From a virus (taxonomy: Duplodnaviria > Caudoviricetes): a DNA stretch of 64,000 bases. Each line of letters begins with the position of its first letter. The first letter of the stretch is position 1. The notes below the pieces were generated by a model. The model was given only the letters and a program-made list of their open reading frames with translations, made no database searches and was not told the origin of the DNA. Below are positions 58,267 to 64,000 of the stretch, piece after piece. The DNA is taken from IMG/VR virus record IMGVR_UViG_3300047539_000078, positions 32,001-96,000 of that record. One strand, given 5' to 3'. Both the position numbers and the translations under genes were made by a program.

Positions 58267-61200
58267 ACTCGACCGGGGTATTGGCTGAGCGGCTTCGGCG
58301 GGGAACGGAATGAGTCGTTGATGTGGTCAATAGACGCACTCTTGTCGTAGCCACCGAAACCGTTGTAGGGGTCCTTCATCTTGACCGCGAAGTTCATCTC
58401 CCGCAGGGGTTCGTTGTCGTAGTAGTCGTTATTTCCGCCCTCGTCTTCTTCAACGTTGATGGCGATTTCGGCGGCGCGGCTGGTTTGGAGGACCACGTGC
58501 ACCTTGCCTTCCCACGCGAACTTGTTGCCCCCACTTGCGTCGAACCGGACGAAGGTGTTCTCGTCTTCATCCGTGGCGTTCTCGACGGCGGTCGTGAGGT
58601 ACTTGTTGACCTCGTTGCTGGTCCCGGACTCCAATCCGTACTGGTAGGCCGTGTCGAGGGTTCCGTATACATCGGTGTTGACCCCCGCGTCACCCTCAAG
58701 ATAGCCGAGGAAATCCTTCACGTCGCCGACCACGTTCGGTTCCCACGTGAACTCATCCGTCCCGCCTTCCTTCTCGATGAAATCCTTCAACTCGTCGGGG
58801 TATGTTTGTTCCAGCGTCAACCCGATGTTATGGACGGTTTCCGGCTTGACATCGTCGAGCAGGTCGATCATGTCGCTCTTGCTCACGCCTTCCGTGCTGC
58901 TGGAATCGCTGTAGTCGTTTCCCTCGTCCTGTTTTTTGGCCCACTTCGCGGTGTCGTCCCCCCAATCGTCCACCAGTTCGCCCCAATCTCTGTACGTGGC
59001 GAGTATCAGTCCGTCCGATACCCAGTTATCTTCCTTGGAGCCGAGAAGGGCGCAGATCTTTTTCTTGGCGATGGCGTCTAGCTTCGCGCCGAGGGTGACT
59101 CTATTCAAATGGAATACCCCCGTTCGCGTCAGATACATCTTGAGCGGCATCAGGGCTGGCTTGGTCTCGTAGATGTCGTTCTGTTCCGTCTCGGACAGAT
59201 CTGATACGCTGAAGTTGTGGGACGGCATGTACCCGCCGCCGGTGATGCCTTCGATTCTCGGGTCCTTCAGGAGCGAGATGATGTACGGGTGGTAGCGTGC
59301 TGCCGGTTTCTCGTTCCCGCGTCCCTTCATCTCGCCCAACTGCTTGCTCTTCTGGTCGTAGATGAACGTGAGGTTCGGTTCCCAGTACGCCTTGTCCCCC
59401 TTCTTACGGGGCTCGCGCAGGCTGATGATGCGGTCGCCTGTGACCTGTCCCTGGTTGCCGCAATGCCCCATCGCCTTCGCCTCGGCGGGGCAGTAGCCTC
59501 GTGGCAAGCAGCCACCACGCCCAGCCGTTGTCGAACTTGATGAAGATTTCGTCGCCTTCCTGCGGCTCAAGCATGCGTTTGCTTTCGTCGGCCTTCGCGA
59601 GCATGGCGTCTTCAAGCTCGCCGAACTCCCGGAGGAGTTCCTCCGGCGTCTGAAACTGGAATCTCTTGGACTGGATGTTCACGTCCTCCAACGCGAGGTA
59701 GTGCAGGAGCTTCCGCTTGAGCGGGGGCCAGATCGCCGTCAAATCGGAGGTGGGCTTGCCGGATTTCTGGGCGTATTCCTTTCTCGCATTGTCGAACGAC
59801 CCTGCGGGGACGACCTTGACATCCTCGGCTTGCTTGATCAGATCAAGGCGCACCCAGCGCAGGTACCACGTGATGCGGTCGGCCTTTTCGAGATGCTCCT
59901 TCGCCCATGCGACTTCCTTCTTGGCCATCGCTTCCCACGCGCCGGTCTGATTCGTGGCGGTGATGGACTTCAGGAACGACTTGAACATCTCCATGTAGTC
60001 GACGGCCAGGATGAGCAGCGGCGACGCGAGCTTCATGTCGGCCATCTTGCGGATGGCCGAACGGTCCCATATCTGGTACTGCTCCGGGCTCAGGTCGTCC
60101 TCCTCGGTCCAGAAAGCCCCCTTGTAGCCCTGCTTCTGCAGGATGTCCGCCGCCGTGCGCTGCAGCATTTCGAAGTAGAAATCCTCGCCCCCGAACCCCT
60201 GGTAGTCGGCTGCCTCGGCGATTGTTTGCGGATCGTCCGTCAACCCCTGTATATAGGTGTCCTCGGGGAACGCCTCCTTGATTTCCTTCACCACCCGCAA
60301 CACGTTTTGGCGTATGTCCTTGGGGATGGGATCGTCCCAGTGTCCGGTTTCGTGCAGGAGATCGTATGTGCTCGTGCCGTGGTATATGAAGTCGTCGTCT
60401 ATCTGCGCATTCGTCTTGACGGGGCCGTAATCGGCATAGCCCGTCCCTGCGGGACCGTAGAAGAAGCCCTCCGTATGCTCGGGTTCGGAGTGGCGCTCCA
60501 CGTCCACCCATTCCGCGACCTTGGAAGACTGGTGCCGTAGGCTGTCGGATTCCAGCCAATCCACGGTCTCCTCGACGCTCGTGAACTCCACGTTCCCCAC
60601 GCCCCCGTTGCGCGTCCACTCGATTATGACCCCATCGGTCGGATGCTCCATGATGTAGTCACGCATCTTCGCCTTGGAGCCGGAGTCCAGCGTCCCCACC
60701 TGGAAATTGGTGGAAGGCACTGTCTTGTTGGCGACGCGCCAAGACCCCCACACGTTGAAGCGGATCGCCCCCTTGTCGAGCGCCTGTCTGACCAGCTTGA
60801 CGGGGTCGTAGAAGACGGAACTGGATTCCGCGAGTCCCAGGCGCTGCGCCAGCAGGTTGTGCTCGTCGTGCACATTCTTGCAGTATTCCACGCTGCCATC
60901 CGGCATGATGAATCCGCCGTTGCGCCAGTTGCGACCGGCCTCCGTGAGAAGGTTCTCATTGACGGCTTCCTTTGCGCTGGCGGCCTTGGTTTGCTCGCCC
61001 ATTTCGACCGCGTAGCCGAATCTCTCGTTCCACTGGGTCCAGAAGTCCTCGGGCAGCTTGCCGTAATGAACGACCATGCGAACCACGGTCTTGCCCTCGG
61101 CGTTCTTGTATACGTACTGGCGTCCGTCGCGGATTTCCACGACCGCCACGATGTGGTTGGAACCGGAGTATCCGATGGGGGTCGTCACGCGGGCCGTTGC

Positions 61201-64000
61201 ACGGTAGCCCTTCTGCTCGTACGCCAGCGGGCGCATAGTGCGCGTGATCTGTTCTGCATGCTTGCGGAAGTCCGCTTCGCCTTGGGCCACGGACGGGAAC
61301 AGCGTGTCCTTGGGCGGCGTCTCATCCCACTTGCCGTTGAACACTTCCGTGTACGACTTTCTTACATCGTAATCCTTCATGCCCTTGGCGAAGTGTGCGG
61401 CCAAGCGCCCGAGTGCAGGGAGCCATGTGTCGGTGACGAGCTGCTCCAAGCGGGCACGCAGGTCGGCGTGCATCTCCTTCTCCTGTTCCTTGAACTTGTA
61501 GTCGAACATTTCCATGGCGTGCTTGATGTAGTTCTTCTTGTATTCGGCCGCATTGGACTGCCAGCTCGCACTCACGCCAGGCTGGGTTGCGGCGATATAG
61601 ACTATCGTGACGTGGTACTGGCTGTCGCTGATGTGCTGGATCGGGGCTCCCAATGAACTCACGATGCTGTCCTCGTCGAGGAAGAACGTCTGCGGTTGGA
61701 GTTCCGCCACGACGACGAGCTTGCGGCCAGTCCCGTTCTGCCCGTTGTCGTCGCGGACGCTGCCGGTCGCGGTCATGAGGTTCTGCGTGACGTAGATGCC
61801 GCCGTAGGCTTCACGGCTAGGCGTGTGGATACCGGCATTCGGGTCGCTGTCCCAGTTCTTCTTCTTCCCCTCGGGAACGAGCCCCTCCGCTATGATGGAA
61901 CGCAGGTTCTTGATGCTGGTCCCGTGATACCAGATGCCGCGCTTGGCGCTGAACTTCTCGATGTCGGCTTCGGGAGTGAGCTGTTCGGGTGTGGGGTTCC
62001 CGTTTATGCCCTTCCACATGTAAATGTCGGACTCTTCGTCCTCATCCCCGTTTTCATTGGCTTCATAGGTGTAGTCGAAGCCCATCTTCTCCCAGAAGCC
62101 TGCGGAGTTACCGTCACCGGTGTCGCCCGCGACCAGGCGCAGGAGCTTGATGGTTTCGGGGATGGACGCCTCAAATTCCGTCCATGCCGTGCGACCGCCG
62201 CCCTTGCCGCGATCCTCGGGCTTGAGTTCGAACATGTCGATCCAAAGCGAACTGCCTTCCTGGTGGAATTCAAGTTTGCCTTTAAGACCCGCTGTCTTGG
62301 ACGATTCCCGCCACTTGCGAACATCCGTCTTGACGGGCTCTTCCCCGGTTACCATCCAGCGGATGGCTTCGTCGGGCGTGAGCTTGTCAATGTAGTTCTG
62401 CGGATTGAAAAATTCAATGCTGCAATGAATTATAGTCGCTTTGTACTTTCTTATGGTATTTGCTATGAGTTTGCGGGTTTCCGGCGTATCGTTCATCACG
62501 GTGAAGTCGGGATTCGTGGAACCCTGGACGCGGATATTGCCCGCACGTGCAGCTTCCGATACGACATCCGTTCCTTCAAACTCGCCGTCTTCGTCCACAT
62601 CATCGTAATCTACGTCTACCAGGCCATACCGCACGGCTACTTGCCAGTGCTGTTCACCGTTGCATGGGATGAATTTTCCGTTTGACGCCGCGATCCACCC
62701 CGCCGAAAGAAGTCCGGCGGCGTCCTTGAATAGCGAGGATTGGAGATTCAGGCCGGACGCGCTCGGCGGTTGGTCAGTCGTCTTAGCCTTATCACGCTCC
62801 CGCCACTTCGCAACAAGGTCAGCCTCCTCCTGCCGTTCCGCAATGAACTTAGGATCGGCTGGAGGCAGCTCCGTCGGGGCAGAATTCCAAAGCTCCTGCA
62901 GCTTGGCTTTTTTGTCATCGTCCTGGGGGATGGTCCACTTGTCCCCGATCATGGACCCGTTCAGGAATACGGGGTCGGTCGTCTGGGTCATGCGAACGTT
63001 GGGATCGGGTGACTTTGACTTATTCCACAGCCACCGGCTTACGCCCTTCCCTCCGATGCGGGTGGCCACGGCGAAGTATAGCTTGCCGCTCGGGAACTTA
63101 CACAATGCGATCCAGTACGGCTTCACTGGGGATTTATCTTGGACATACGATTCATCGGAATGCTCGGTGACAAAGTCCCCCCCGTACTTGGCGTTGTACT
63201 TGTCGGCATACAGTTTCCAACTGGGGCCATGCCCCGTTCCCTTCTGATTGCGGACGAACATCTTGTAGCCGACCGTCCCCATCCCTTCATAGCGCTGGAG
63301 TTCTTTAATGCCGTTGACGAGCGAATCGGCATGGTGGCAAAGTTCATGGGCCAGGACGCGGCGCAGCGTGTTTTCATCGCCCACTATGGATTTTTGAACG
63401 TCTATGCGGGTGTTCGCACCCCAGGACAACTGGTTGTTTTTGATTGCTATGCGCCAAGTGTCCTGTCCCCACCAGTTCGAACGCTGTTGGTTGACGATCT
63501 TGAGTTCCGGCTCCGGAAGTTCTTCCCCCAGAATCGGGAAAAGCTCCCGCATCACACGCTGCACTTGCGCCAGTTCTGATTGTGTTGCTGCAAGATGGGC
63601 CGTGTTCGTCTTCACCACTTGGATTTGGCCGGAATCGAAGACGGCGTAGGATATGCCGCCGAATTCCCCCTCGCCTTCGTCGCAAACCACGCCGTCGTAT
63701 CCCAGATGGCGGATTGCATCCACGAACTTCTTGTCGTCCAGCAGCTTCCACTCCTGCCCTTGCTCGTCCACCCGCAGTTTATTGGCGTCTATGCCGTAGT
63801 TCTGCCACGGGAAATCAGGCAGAAGATTGTCGCGCAGTTCTTCCAGCAGCGTGTAGCGTGTCTTGCCCCCGTCGAACGGAAGGTCAGGTTGGCTCACATC
63901 GGCGTCGATCCACGATGCATCACGGAAATCCAACGGGTTGTCGATGGTGATGTAGCACTGCTTGACGTAGCGCTTGTCCCCGTGCTGCTTGGTGCGGTTC
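58263..64000 (-). CDS. Large polyvalent protein (>1900 aa, partial, one frameshift at ~59505): ART-like, SprT-like metallopeptidase, GNAT, further ART-like and PcfJ-like domains
   Basis: YITIDNPL...LGYDGV...YAVFDS.QI; LAHELCHH...GHGPSW; PEDRGKGGG...FWEKMGF; WYHGTS...GGIYVT; IYHGTS; EAKAMGHCG..IISLR..EMKGRGN; frame open to the window edge. Confidence 0.8.

Noticed and set aside
59701-63950. Long plus-strand ORFs opposite the polyvalent gene (likewise at 307-2990 and 38362-39594)
   Set aside because: Antisense shadows caused by GC-rich third-position bias; no RBS or motifs

Overview
This window is part of a large (jumbo-type) dsDNA phage genome. The host is probably an Acidobacteriota member, inferred from an Acidobacteria-style TonB and secreted proteins. 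From left to right it holds: (1) a minus-strand tail module with a tape-measure-like gene running off the left edge and three chaperone-like genes; (2) a DnaB / DUF1376-type initiator / DnaC-like replication module with an internal iteron array; (3) nucleotide metabolism genes (dATP/dGTP diphosphohydrolase, ThyX-like synthase, intein-containing class II RNR); (4) a ~3.4 kb tRNA/ncRNA locus; (5) repair and recombination genes (OGG-like glycosylase, DinG, SSB, DnaQ-like exonuclease, RuvC-like, RecA/UvsX, split Rad50 plus Mre11); (6) Ser/Thr/Gly-rich fibre or decoration genes; (7) RtcB; and (8) a >1900 aa polyvalent effector protein running off the right edge. The most unusual part is the tRNA locus. 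Nine of its ten intact tRNAs read GNN codons (Val x3, Gly x3, Asp, Glu x2) and the tenth is Ile. It is preceded by a sigma70 promoter and a structured 44-codon leader ORF enriched in exactly those amino acids, which suggests a translation-sensing switch for phage tRNA supply. The spacers between tRNAs are filled with non-tRNA structured RNAs. Many genes carry single-base frameshifts, most likely long-read errors. All family assignments come from motif recognition by eye; no database searches were run.
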